A DNA stretch of 64,000 nucleotides from Acidimicrobiia bacterium (GTDB taxonomy: Bacteria; Actinomycetota; Acidimicrobiia; Spongiisociales; Spongiisociaceae). The stretch lies in NCBI GenBank assembly GCA_041576165.1, contig JBFGLM010000024.1:1-64000 (forward strand), given 5' to 3'. Under the pieces are notes generated by a model that saw only the letters and a list, made by a program, of their open reading frames with translations, made no database searches and was not told the DNA's origin. Both the position numbers and the translations under genes were made by a program. Of the stretch, positions 16,793 through 26,331 are shown piece by piece; positions within the stretch are counted from its first letter, which is position 1; every line of letters starts with the position of its first letter.

Positions 16793-18553
16793 ATGTCGAT
16801 CCAGGGTGAACTCTCGGACAAGGTGGGCGACGCGTTCGCTGCGATTGGGCTCGATGCGGAGCTGGGCGCCGTTGTCCCTTCGCAGCGGCCCGAGCTCTCC
16901 CAGTTTCAATGCAACGGAGCGCTGGCGGCCGCAAAGGCCGCCGGCAGAAACCCGCGGGAGATCGCAGCGGATGTCATCGGCCGGCTGGAATCGGACCCGG
17001 TTTTTGCGGAGCTGAGCATCGCCGGTCCCGGGTTCATCAACATCGAGGTCGCCGACGGGTACCTGGCCGACCAGACCGCAGCGCTGGCGGGTTCGGAGCG
17101 GTTTGGCGTCGAAGCGGCGGACGAGCGGAGGATCCTCATCGACTACGGCGGCCCCAATGTCGCCAAGGAGCTGCACGTCGGTCATATGCGGACCCCTCTC
17201 ATCGGCGAAAGCCTCAAACGCTGCTTCCGGTTCGCCGGCTATGACGTGACTGGTGACATCCACCTGGGGGATTGGGGCCTTCCGATGGGCCAGCTCATCG
17301 CCGAATTGGCCGAACGCCGGCCCGAGTTGCCGTACCTGGACCCCGGCCACCAGGGCGCCTATCCGGACGAATCTCCGGTGACGGTCGACGAGTTGAACGA
17401 CCTGTACCCCACTGCGTCAGGCCGGGCCGAACGGGACCTGGAGTTCGCGCGCGCAGCCCGGCAAGCCACCTTCGATCTCCAGGATGGTCGCCCGGGTTAT
17501 CGCAAGTTGTGGGAGCACTTCCGAGCGGTCTCGGTTGAGGCTATGCAAGAGGTGTTCGATGAGCTCGGCGTCCACTTCGACCGCTGGCACGGCGAATCGA
17601 CGGTACACGACCGTATCAGGCCGATGGTCGAGAATCTCATGAACATGGGCGTTGCACACGAACTGGACGGTGCGATCGTCATCGACGTGCAGCAGCCCGG
17701 CGACAAGAAGGAAATGCCGCCGTTCGTGCTGGTCAAGTCGGACGGGGCCTACCTCTACACGACAACCGACCTAGCCACCATCGAAGACCGGGTGGAAGAC
17801 GGTTTCGACGTGTGCATCTACGTCGTCGATGTGCGTCAGTCGGATCACTTCGAGCAGCTATTCCGGGCGGCTCGGAAGGGCAAGATCGCTCCTGCGACTC
17901 TGGTGCTGGAACACGCCGGAAGTGGGTTGGTCAACGGGCCGGACGGGCGGCCGATGCGCACCCGGGCGGGCAACCTGCCCCTCCTCCGGTCGTTGATCGC
18001 CGACGCGGTGGAAGAGGCCGGCCGGCGCATGGACGAACGCGGCCTGGCAGCCGACTATCCCGAGGAGGAGCGGGATCACGTGGCTCGATTGGTGGGGCTG
18101 GCTGCGTTGAAGTACGGCGACCTCCAGAATCACCGCACGTCCAATTACATCTTCGATCTGGAGCGTTTCACTTCGTTCGAGGGCAAGACCGGACCGTATT
18201 TGCTGTATGGGGCGGTGCGGATGAAGTCGATCTTGCGCCAGGCGGCAGCCCGCGGGGTCGAATCCGGTCCGATCGCCCCGCCGTCGAGCGACGCCGACCG
18301 CAACCTGATGCTGCGCCTCCTGCGTTTCCCGGACGTGCTGGCCCGCGCGATCGAGTATCGGGCACCGAACCAGGTAGCGGAACACGCCTACGAGCTGGTA
18401 GCCGACTTCAACCGGTTCTACGAAGCGTGCCACATCCTCGACCAGCCCGATCCGGCGATCCAGGGGTCGTGGCTCCGCCAGGTCGAGGCCACCCGGCGCC
18501 AACTCGAGACGCTGCTCGATCTGCTGCTCATCGAGATTCCCGAGCGGATGTGA
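16793..18553 (+). CDS. argS: Arginine--tRNA ligase
   Basis: GPGFIN, DYGGPNVAKELHVGHMR (HIGH), GDWG, KSDG..LY.TTDLA, FEGKTGPYLLY, C-terminal ERM. Confidence 0.97.
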   Translation: MSIQGELSDKVGDAFAAIGLDAELGAVVPSQRPELSQFQCNGALAAAKAAGRNPREIAADVIGRLESDPVFAELSIAGPGFINIEVADGYLADQTAALAGSERFGVEAADERRILIDYGGPNVAKELHVGHMRTPLIGESLKRCFRFAGYDVTGDIHLGDWGLPMGQLIAELAERRPELPYLDPGHQGAYPDESPVTVDELNDLYPTASGRAERDLEFARAARQATFDLQDGRPGYRKLWEHFRAVSVEAMQEVFDELGVHFDRWHGESTVHDRIRPMVENLMNMGVAHELDGAIVIDVQQPGDKKEMPPFVLVKSDGAYLYTTTDLATIEDRVEDGFDVCIYVVDVRQSDHFEQLFRAARKGKIAPATLVLEHAGSGLVNGPDGRPMRTRAGNLPLLRSLIADAVEEAGRRMDERGLAADYPEEERDHVARLVGLAALKYGDLQNHRTSNYIFDLERFTSFEGKTGPYLLYGAVRMKSILRQAAARGVESGPIAPPSSDADRNLMLRLLRFPDVLARAIEYRAPNQVAEHAYELVADFNRFYEACHILDQPDPAIQGSWLRQVEATRRQLETLLDLLLIEIPERM

Positions 18554-18652
18554 GCCCCGGTGCTGCCAACTGGAGGCGCGTCCCGCAGGCATTCGGTTAG
18601 CCCGCCCTGCCGCGGTGGTCGCGGCCGCCGACCATTCCCTAGCCTCGGTCGG

Positions 18653-19516
18653 ATGGAGTCCGACATCCGACCGGCGCGACCCGAGGACAAAGCTGCGATC
18701 GCCGCGTTCACAGATGCCACGTTCAGTTGGGGTGACTACGTAGCCGATTCCTTCGACGAGTGGCTCACCACCGGCGACTCAGCCGTGCTGGTGGCCTGTC
18801 GAGAGGATCGACCGGTCGCGCTCGCTCGGGTCGTTCAGCTGTCTCCGGACGAGATCTGGCTGCACGCCGCCCGCGTCCAGCCCGATCATCGGCGGCAGGG
18901 CCTCGGCCTGGCGCTGAACGAAGCCTCCCTCGAATGGGGCAGACAGCGCGGAGCGGTCGTCGCCCGACTGATGGTGGAGGACTGGAACGACGAGGCCTCC
19001 GCCCAGGTCCGTAAGGCCGGCTATCGCCGGGTGGCCGACTGGTTCTTCGCCCGCCGATCCGTGCCGGATTCGAAGCCGTCCGAGCTCGGCCTCGGCTTGC
19101 GCCCATCCGAGCCGCTGCGCCCGGCCCCGGCCCCGGAAGTGGAGGGCGCATACATCAGCTGGTCAACCTCAGAGCTGGCCCGTGCCGGGCATGGGTTGCT
19201 CGGGGTGCGCTGGCATCTGCGGCAAATGCGTATCGACCATCTTCTCGAAGAGGCGGCCGCCCGGCGGCTCTGGGAGGCGCCTTCGGGCTGGCTGTCGATC
19301 GACACCAGCGCGCACCCCGACGCATGGGTGGCATGGCTGATGACCACTGCGAGTGAGGCCGACATTCTGGTCGAAGCTCTGCTGACGAAGCTGCGCGGCG
19401 ACGGAATCGCGTCTGTCGGAGCGCTCCTGCCCAGGGTGCCCTGGCTGGTTGCTGCGTTCGAAGCTTCCGGTTTCGAGGTCCATTCCAACGGCGTCTGGGA
19501 GATCCAGATTGGGTGA
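18653..19516 (+). CDS. GNAT-family N-acetyltransferase
   Basis: IRPARPED, ARVQPDHRRQGLG acetyl-CoA motif; TAGCCT-N7-ATG. Confidence 0.85.
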   Translation: MESDIRPARPEDKAAIAAFTDATFSWGDYVADSFDEWLTTGDSAVLVACREDRPVALARVVQLSPDEIWLHAARVQPDHRRQGLGLALNEASLEWGRQRGAVVARLMVEDWNDEASAQVRKAGYRRVADWFFARRSVPDSKPSELGLGLRPSEPLRPAPAPEVEGAYISWSTSELARAGHGLLGVRWHLRQMRIDHLLEEAAARRLWEAPSGWLSIDTSAHPDAWVAWLMTTASEADILVEALLTKLRGDGIASVGALLPRVPWLVAAFEASGFEVHSNGVWEIQIG

Positions 19517-19524
19517 CGGCCGGC

Positions 19525-20151
19525 TCAGAAGGAGTTGAGCGAGGCGGAAGCCCAGGTCACGAAAACCGCAGCAGGCGCCAGATCCGCGAAACGAGGCTCT
19601 CGTGGGACCACAAACTGGTGGATGGCCCACAATGCAGGCACTCCCACGATCCCGGCGACGAACGCCGCGCTACCGACGGCGGACATGTACCGGGTGATCA
19701 ATCCAAATGCGGCCGGAGCGTCGACGATGATCCGCTCGAGCAATGAGCCGGCTACCGACATGAGCCAGGCGAAGATCACCAGGCCCGGCAAGTGGGCCAC
19801 GGCCACTTCCCAGGGTTCGGCCGACCAGCGGACGTAGCCGTGTCCAGCCTGGCTCTCAACGCCCAGGCCAAGTGCCAGCGCGCCGAACACCCCGATAACC
19901 AGCCCCGAGGCCAGCGAGGCGCCCAGTTCGTTGGGAAGGTCGATGGTGACCAGGCCGAAGCCGTTCAAAACGATGGTGACGCCCAGCGCCACCAGTCCCA
20001 CGCCAACGACCAGCAAGCCGATTCCGACGCTCGTGCCGACCCCGAACCACAGCAGGGCCAACCGGCGAGACAGGCTCGAATCCTTCTCCAGGAAGGCAGG
20101 CAGTTGCACGCGCGAAAGGACCCCGCCCCACCGAGGTTTCTCCGTTGTCAC
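19525..20151 (-). CDS. Hypothetical membrane protein
   Basis: 208 aa with about 5 hydrophobic segments; SD GAGAGG. Confidence 0.65.
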   Translation of the reverse strand: MTTEKPRWGGVLSRVQLPAFLEKDSSLSRRLALLWFGVGTSVGIGLLVVGVGLVALGVTIVLNGFGLVTIDLPNELGASLASGLVIGVFGALALGLGVESQAGHGYVRWSAEPWEVAVAHLPGLVIFAWLMSVAGSLLERIIVDAPAAFGLITRYMSAVGSAAFVAGIVGVPALWAIHQFVVPREPRFADLAPAAVFVTWASASLNSF

Positions 20152-20365
20152 GTAATCACAACCTCTCGTTCACGCGTGGCGTTCGGCGGCTGGCTCTGTC
20201 GCGATTGTACTCCCGTGTCGAATTCGCACTCCATCATGAACGCGGGGTCGCAACCAGTCGCGGTGACCCAGCCTCCGCCGGTAGTGGGCGCGGGTGCTAC
20301 GGTCCTGAAGAGTCGTTGACGACAGTCAGCCCGTCCGGGACCAGGACCGGCAAGGAGCCCACCGA

Positions 20366-21832
20366 ATGATTCGAGACCGGCTCACCAAACTGAAGGAGGT
20401 TGCGGTCGAGGCCGTCCGCAGATCCCGGAACCGGTCGCTGCGCGGCAGATCCGAGGGGCCCCACGCCGAGCAGCTGACCAGGATTCTGTACCGTACAGAT
20501 GGCGCCGTCGAAGGTGACCTACCGGTGCGTGTGGTCATGCCGCGATCGGTGGAAGATGTAGTCGCTGCGGTGCAGGAGGCCCGGGCGGCCGATCTGGCGG
20601 TGGTGGCGCGCGGCGCCGGGACCGGCCTGTCGGGAGGTGCGGTGCCGGTTGGAGATGCAGTTGTCGTCTCACTCATGCAACTCGACGAGATCGGCGATAT
20701 CAACGCGGCGGACGAAACCGCTTGGGTGGAGCCGGGAGTGCGCAACTTGGAGCTGTCCAACGCAACACGTCGATACGGCCTGCTCTTCGGCCCCGACCCT
20801 TCGTCACAATCGGCCAGCACCGTCGGCGGGAACATCGCCACCAACGCCGGCGGGCCCCGCTGTTATGCGCTGGGCAGCACCACTTCACATGTGCTGGCGG
20901 TTGAAGTGGTGCTGGCCGACGGCTCGCGACTCCAGGTCGGCGATGCCTATGCCGACCCGATCGGGCTGGACCTGCGTTCCATAGTGGTGGGGTCGGAGGG
21001 CACGTTGGGGGTGGCGGTCCGGTCGCTGGTCCGACTCTTGCCCGTGCCGGAGGTGTCGAAAACGGTTCTGTGCGCTTTCTCTCAGCTGGAGGATGCCGGA
21101 GCTGCCACCGCCGCCATAGTGCGGAGCGGGATCAACGCCACTTCGATCGAGCTGATGGATCAGCTGGCCATCGAAATGTGCGAGCGTTTCACACAAGGCG
21201 GCCTGCCCCTGGACGCCGCCGCCGTCCTGCTGTGTGAGGTCGAAGGGACGGTTGACTCCATCGACGAGGACCTCGAAGACTTCTCATCCGCTGTGCAAGC
21301 AGCAGGGGCATACGCGGTCAAGGTCGCTGCATCCGATGAGCAAGCCGACAAGTGGTGGCGGGCCCGCAAGGGCGCCTTCGGGGCCATCGCCCAGCTCGCC
21401 TCGCACTATCACCTCCACGATGGGGTCGTGCCCCGCACCCGCCTCGTCGCGGCACTCCAGCAGGTCCAGGAGGTAGCGACGGCGGCGGGAACGCCGATGA
21501 CGTTGATAGCGCACGCCGGTGACGGCAACTTGCATCCGTTGGTGCCGTACGACGGCCGGGACGAGGAGGCCACCAGGGTGGTGCACGAAGTGTCCGATCA
21601 GGTGATGGAGATCTGCCTCGGCATGGGCGGCGCTGTCAGCGGCGAACACGGCATCGGCACATCGAAGGTGCACCTGATGGAGCGCGTCTTCAGCTCCGTC
21701 GACCTCGAATACCAGTGCCATCTCAAGCGGGCGTTCGACCCCGAGGCGGTCATGAATCCATCGAAAGTGCTGCCATCGCCCAGCTCCTGCGCCGAGCCGG
21801 TCATCCCGATCGACTCCGAGATGTGGGTGTGA
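20366..21832 (+). CDS. glcD: Glycolate oxidase FAD-binding subunit GlcD-like
   Basis: ARGAGTGLSGGA, PDPSSQ..STVGGNIATNAGG, GSEGTLG, HAGDGNLHP, SGEHGIG. Confidence 0.88.
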   Translation: MIRDRLTKLKEVAVEAVRRSRNRSLRGRSEGPHAEQLTRILYRTDGAVEGDLPVRVVMPRSVEDVVAAVQEARAADLAVVARGAGTGLSGGAVPVGDAVVVSLMQLDEIGDINAADETAWVEPGVRNLELSNATRRYGLLFGPDPSSQSASTVGGNIATNAGGPRCYALGSTTSHVLAVEVVLADGSRLQVGDAYADPIGLDLRSIVVGSEGTLGVAVRSLVRLLPVPEVSKTVLCAFSQLEDAGAATAAIVRSGINATSIELMDQLAIEMCERFTQGGLPLDAAAVLLCEVEGTVDSIDEDLEDFSSAVQAAGAYAVKVAASDEQADKWWRARKGAFGAIAQLASHYHLHDGVVPRTRLVAALQQVQEVATAAGTPMTLIAHAGDGNLHPLVPYDGRDEEATRVVHEVSDQVMEICLGMGGAVSGEHGIGTSKVHLMERVFSSVDLEYQCHLKRAFDPEAVMNPSKVLPSPSSCAEPVIPIDSEMWV

Positions 21833-21872
21833 GCGGCCTCGAGCCCTCGCCGGCCCCGAGCCGCGTGCTCAC

Positions 21873-22913
21873 ATGACGGCCAAGACTGCCGTCGAGACGG
21901 TGCAGGCTCGGGTCCGGGCCGCGGTCGCCGGGCAAACGCCGCTGCGGATCGTTGGATCGGGCTACGAGGCGCAACTGGGAAACCCCGTCAAGGCCCGGGC
22001 CGAGCTCGACACCACGGAACTCACCTGGGTGCGGGACTTCGACCCCGACGAGCTGATCATCCGGGTCGGAGCGGGTACCACCGCCGGCGAACTGGCCGCC
22101 CGGTTGGGCGAGCAACGGCTGCGCGCCGTTATTCCATCCGAGCCCGCAGGACGAACGATCGGCGGAATCGTCGCCACCGGTTCATCAGGGTATGCCCGCC
22201 TTCGGCACGGGCCGCTCCGCAACCACGTCATCGGCATCACGATCGTGTCGGGCGCCGGCGACTTGGTCTCCGCCGGCGGCCAGGTGGTCAAGAACGTAAC
22301 GGGCTACGACCTCTCCCGCCTATGCGTCGCCTCAATGGGACGCTTGGGAGTGCTCGTGGAGGTGGCGCTGCGCGTATACGCCGTGCGTGACGCCGAACAG
22401 GTCATCGAGGTCCGTGATCCAGAGGCGGCGTGGCGGCAGGCGCACCGCCCACTGGCCGTGGTCGGCACGCGCCGGGGAACGAGCGTCCTGGTCGACGGAT
22501 CGGAGGCGGCGGTCGCGGCCATGGCGAAGCGGCTCGGCGGCACCCTTCGGTCCGACGCAGCCTTGCCCAGTACGTCCGGCTGGCCGTGGAGGGCCACGAT
22601 CCGCTCCCGCCCATCCCAGCAACCGCAGGCAATCCAGCGCCTCCCCGCCGAGTGGTCCTACATCGCGCAATTCGGGACCGGCCTGACCGAGGTCGGCGGC
22701 GAGCACTTCGACGCCGGCACGCTCGGCTCCCTCCGCCAATGGGTGGAAGCCGGCGGGGGGCGATTGGTGCTCCACCGCGTCCCGCCCGGCGTTCGGCATG
22801 AGCTGGACCCGTGGGGCACGCCCCCCGCCGGCTTGGAAATCCAGCGGAGGATCATCCGGTCGTTCGATCCCCATGGGATTCTCAATCCCGGAATACTCCC
22901 GGGTGGGCTATGA
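21873..22913 (+). CDS. glcE: Glycolate oxidase FAD-binding subunit GlcE-like
   Basis: TIGGIVATG.SG..R, GGQVVKNVTGYDLSRL, FDP.GILNPG. Confidence 0.85.
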   Translation: MTAKTAVETVQARVRAAVAGQTPLRIVGSGYEAQLGNPVKARAELDTTELTWVRDFDPDELIIRVGAGTTAGELAARLGEQRLRAVIPSEPAGRTIGGIVATGSSGYARLRHGPLRNHVIGITIVSGAGDLVSAGGQVVKNVTGYDLSRLCVASMGRLGVLVEVALRVYAVRDAEQVIEVRDPEAAWRQAHRPLAVVGTRRGTSVLVDGSEAAVAAMAKRLGGTLRSDAALPSTSGWPWRATIRSRPSQQPQAIQRLPAEWSYIAQFGTGLTEVGGEHFDAGTLGSLRQWVEAGGGRLVLHRVPPGVRHELDPWGTPPAGLEIQRRIIRSFDPHGILNPGILPGGL

Positions 22914-24166
22914 CGACGCCATCCAGCCAGCTGCCGGTGCTTCCCCCGTCCGACACATGTGTCAAATGCGGATTGTGCCTGCCGCACTGTCCCACCTACC
23001 GCCTCAGCGGCAACGAGAACTACTCACCTCGCGGGCGTCTGGCCGCCATGAGCGCCGTCCTGCATGACGACGCCCCGATCGACGAGACCTACGACGACGT
23101 ACTGTCCACGTGTCTCGGATGTCGGGCGTGTGAGGCGGTGTGTCCCGGCCTGGTCCCCTACGGCCTCGCTTTCGAAGCGGCCCGGGCAGAGCTGACCGAA
23201 CGCCGGCATACCGTCCCGCGCCGGGTTCGACCGTTGGTGCTCGGCCGGGTGATCGCAACTCGGTCGGCCGTGGCGACGGTGACTGCCGCGGCACGATGGG
23301 CGCAGCGGTTGGGAGCGGGGAGATGGCTGCCCGGCTGGCCCGGCCGCGGGCTGGCTGGGCTGCGCCCGCTCCAGCGAGGCCGAACGTCGTGGCTGGGTCG
23401 GGCCGTGGAAGGCGATGGGCCGAACCGGGGAACCGTGGCGCTCCTGGCCGGTTGCGTGATGGACCCATGGTTCGGGCCGGTCCACGACGCCACCGTGGGT
23501 GTGCTCACCCGGGCCGGGTTCCGAGTGGTGGTCCCCGAATCGCAAACGTGCTGCGGGGCGTTGGCCGCGCACGATGGCCACCGCCGGGAGGCATCGCGTA
23601 TGGCGGCGTCGAATGTAAGGGCGTTTGTGGGCTTCGATCACGTGATCTCGAATTCCGCCGGCTGTACCGCCCATTTGAAGGAATACGACCACTGGGCCAC
23701 GGACGGGGCCGCTCTAGCCGACCGGGTTGTCGACGTCACCGAGTTCGTCGCGTTGCTCATCACCCAGGGCGATCTGCCGGTGTCGGATCGCGAATCCGAC
23801 AGGGTTGCGATGCAGGACCCGTGTCATCTCCGGCATGCGCAGCGGATAGTGGAAGCCCCGCGGACCATCGTGCGGGCTGCCGGGCACGAGCTGGTCGAGA
23901 TCGATCCGATGGGCCTGTGCTGTGGGGCGGCTGGTGTGTACTCGGTCCTGCAACCCGCCACATCCGCGGACCTGGGCCGGCGGAAAGCGGCTCAGGTGGC
24001 GAACTCCGGCGCCACGGTCGTGGCCACGGCCAACCCCGGCTGTGAAATGCAGCTACGGGCCTATCTCGGGCCGGATGTCCGCGCTGCCCATCCGGTTGAG
24101 CTGTACTGGGAGATGCTGTCCGACGGGGACCGGCACCATCCGGCAGACTCGTCGGGTCCCGGCTAA
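22910..24166 (+). CDS. glcF: Glycolate oxidase Fe-S subunit GlcF-like
   Basis: CVKCGLCLPHCP and CLGCRACEAVCP ferredoxin motifs, two CCG domains; ATGA overlap with glcE. Confidence 0.88.
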   Translation: MTTPSSQLPVLPPSDTCVKCGLCLPHCPTYRLSGNENYSPRGRLAAMSAVLHDDAPIDETYDDVLSTCLGCRACEAVCPGLVPYGLAFEAARAELTERRHTVPRRVRPLVLGRVIATRSAVATVTAAARWAQRLGAGRWLPGWPGRGLAGLRPLQRGRTSWLGRAVEGDGPNRGTVALLAGCVMDPWFGPVHDATVGVLTRAGFRVVVPESQTCCGALAAHDGHRREASRMAASNVRAFVGFDHVISNSAGCTAHLKEYDHWATDGAALADRVVDVTEFVALLITQGDLPVSDRESDRVAMQDPCHLRHAQRIVEAPRTIVRAAGHELVEIDPMGLCCGAAGVYSVLQPATSADLGRRKAAQVANSGATVVATANPGCEMQLRAYLGPDVRAAHPVELYWEMLSDGDRHHPADSSGPG

Positions 24167-24215
24167 GTTCGATCCTGCGCAGGCTCCCACGGACGAATTC
24201 CAGCGAGGTGTTCAG

Positions 24216-25190
24216 ATGTCGAATCCGGTTGTCGCTATAACCGACCACGTCTTTCCCAATCTCGAACCGACCGAGCAGACGCTCGAGCCGGTCGGGGCCT
24301 CATTGCGGCTCGCCCGGTCCGGAAACCCGGAAGACATCCTGGATGTAGCACGCACGGCCGACGCGGTCATCAACTGCTACGCCAAACTGCCCGCAGAAGT
24401 GATCGAGCAGTTCGAACGCTGCCAGATCATCGCTCGCACAGGTGTCGGGGTCGACACCGTAGATCTGGACGTCGCGAGCTCCAAGGGGATCTTGGTCACC
24501 AACGTCCCCGAGTACTGCGAGGACGAGGTATCTGATCATGCGATGGCACTGTTGCTGGCGCTCGCCCGAAACGTCACGCGGGGCAACGCCATGGTGCACA
24601 ACGGCGGTTGGGACCTCGAAGCCCTGAAGCCCATGTACCGATTGCGCGGGCGAACCGTTGGCCTGGTCGGCTTCGGAAAGATCCCCCGACTGGTGGCGAC
24701 CAAAGCACAAGCGTTCGGTCTGAACGTGCTCACGTACGATCCGTACGTCGATGTGGAGACCGCGGCATCGCTGGACGTCGGGGTGGTTCCGCTCGATGAG
24801 CTGCTCGCGTCGTCTGACTTCGTGTCTGTCCACGCGCCGCTAACGCCAGAGACCCACCACATGATCGGCGCCGATGCGCTCGGCCGTATGCAACCCCACG
24901 CGTTGCTGATCAATACGGCCCGGGGTCCGCTGGTAGACGTCGACGCGCTGGCCGCAGCCTTGGACCAAGGCCAGATCGGCGGAGCCGCGCTCGATGTGCT
25001 TCCGGCCGAGCCTCCTCCCGCTGATCTGGCGCTGCGGGGACGAGCCAATGTGATCCTGACGCCTCACACCGCGTTCTATTCCGAGCAATCGATGATCGAC
25101 CTACAGGCCAAAGCGGCGCAGCAGGTGGCGCTGGTCTTGCGGGGAGAAGCCCCTACCTATCCGGTCAACCTGGATCGACTCGAGGGCTGA
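24216..25190 (+). CDS. D-isomer-specific 2-hydroxyacid dehydrogenase (CtBP-like)
   Basis: RTGVGVD, NVPEYC.DEVSDH, GLVGFGKI, INTARG, LDV..EP, TPHTA; SD GAGG. Confidence 0.9.
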   Translation: MSNPVVAITDHVFPNLEPTEQTLEPVGASLRLARSGNPEDILDVARTADAVINCYAKLPAEVIEQFERCQIIARTGVGVDTVDLDVASSKGILVTNVPEYCEDEVSDHAMALLLALARNVTRGNAMVHNGGWDLEALKPMYRLRGRTVGLVGFGKIPRLVATKAQAFGLNVLTYDPYVDVETAASLDVGVVPLDELLASSDFVSVHAPLTPETHHMIGADALGRMQPHALLINTARGPLVDVDALAAALDQGQIGGAALDVLPAEPPPADLALRGRANVILTPHTAFYSEQSMIDLQAKAAQQVALVLRGEAPTYPVNLDRLEG

Positions 25191-25223
25191 GCACCGGCCG
25201 CGCCGGGACACCTGGCACGTCGG

Positions 25224-25886
25224 ATGACGGTGGTGGCCGGCTTCGACGGCTGGAGAGGCGGCTGGGTCGGCATCGTCCTGGACGGCGGGACCTATGCCGG
25301 CAGCGTGGTGGCGGAGTCGATGGCGGAGGCGATCGCTCGCCTGGAAGAAGCGGCCGTCATTGCGGTTGACATACCGATGAGCCCGCCGCGAGCCAGGGTG
25401 AGAGAGGCCGAGCAGGAAGCCAAGCGGCTGCTCGGATCCCGCTCCTCTACCGTGTTTCTGACTCCTCCCCGCGTCGTTCTGCGAGCGTCGACGTATGCAG
25501 CTGCGCGGGCAGAGGCGACCGCTCGGTTTGGCCGCGGCGTCTCCGCCCAGGCATACGCCTTGCGGCATCGCATCCTCGAACTGGAGCCGCTCGCCAGGGC
25601 AGACGAGCGGATCCACGAGGTTCACCCCGAGCTGGCATTCCGCGAGATGAACGCCGGCACCCCGGTGGAGGACAACAAGAAGACGTGGGCGGGCCAGATG
25701 AGACGGCGCAGGTTGCTGGCCGGAGAGGGAATCGAGGTGCCCGACGAGTTGGGGGCGGTCGGGATGGTTCCGCCCGACGATGTGCTCGACGCCGCCGCCG
25801 TCGCATGGACCGCCGAGAGGATCGCAAGCGGTCGCGCCCGGGCCGTGCCCGCGTTCGGACGCCGCGTTGATGCGATCTGGTACTGA
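25224..25886 (+). CDS. DUF429-family protein (predicted RNase H-like nuclease)
   Basis: VAGFDGWRGGW, IAVDIP, EVHPELAF, DDVLDAAAVAWTA. Confidence 0.82.
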   Translation: MTVVAGFDGWRGGWVGIVLDGGTYAGSVVAESMAEAIARLEEAAVIAVDIPMSPPRARVREAEQEAKRLLGSRSSTVFLTPPRVVLRASTYAAARAEATARFGRGVSAQAYALRHRILELEPLARADERIHEVHPELAFREMNAGTPVEDNKKTWAGQMRRRRLLAGEGIEVPDELGAVGMVPPDDVLDAAAVAWTAERIASGRARAVPAFGRRVDAIWY

Positions 25887-25892
25887 GCCGCT

Positions 25893-26261
25893 TCAGTCCC
25901 GGCTGACCTGAGCCCGCAACGTCTCGACGAACGCGTCCATTTGGGCGGGCTCCAGCACGAGGCGCGTGAAACGGTCATGACGGGTGTCGACCACGACAAC
26001 TTCGGCGGAGCCGGCCGAGGGGCCGACCGCCCAGAACTGGTGGCCGCCGGCTTCTGTTCGGTCCGTGGCGCCCACCCGGCGCGGGTAGCTCCGGGCGGCG
26101 GACTGGTTGGCACCGAGCTCTGCCACACGGCGCTCTACCACCGAAACGCCGGCGACGAGCTGGTAGGGCATGGCCAGGCGTTGCCGCACCAGCCGTACGG
26201 CGTCCCACCCGGACAGGCGGATCTCGACGGCGTCGAACGTCAGCCCGATCCTGAACGACAT
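25893..26261 (-). CDS. Hypothetical protein (bacterial PH-like)
   Basis: ~122 aa beta-rich ORF (VEIRLSGWD, FWAV, FTRLVLE); TACGAT-N7-ATG. Confidence 0.55.
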   Translation of the reverse strand: MSFRIGLTFDAVEIRLSGWDAVRLVRQRLAMPYQLVAGVSVVERRVAELGANQSAARSYPRRVGATDRTEAGGHQFWAVGPSAGSAEVVVVDTRHDRFTRLVLEPAQMDAFVETLRAQVSRD

Positions 26262-26331
26262 CAGCATGATCGTAGGTCGGCCGCGCGCCTCTGCGCCCCA
26301 CGGGCCGGCCAGGCCTCCAGAGATGTGCCTG

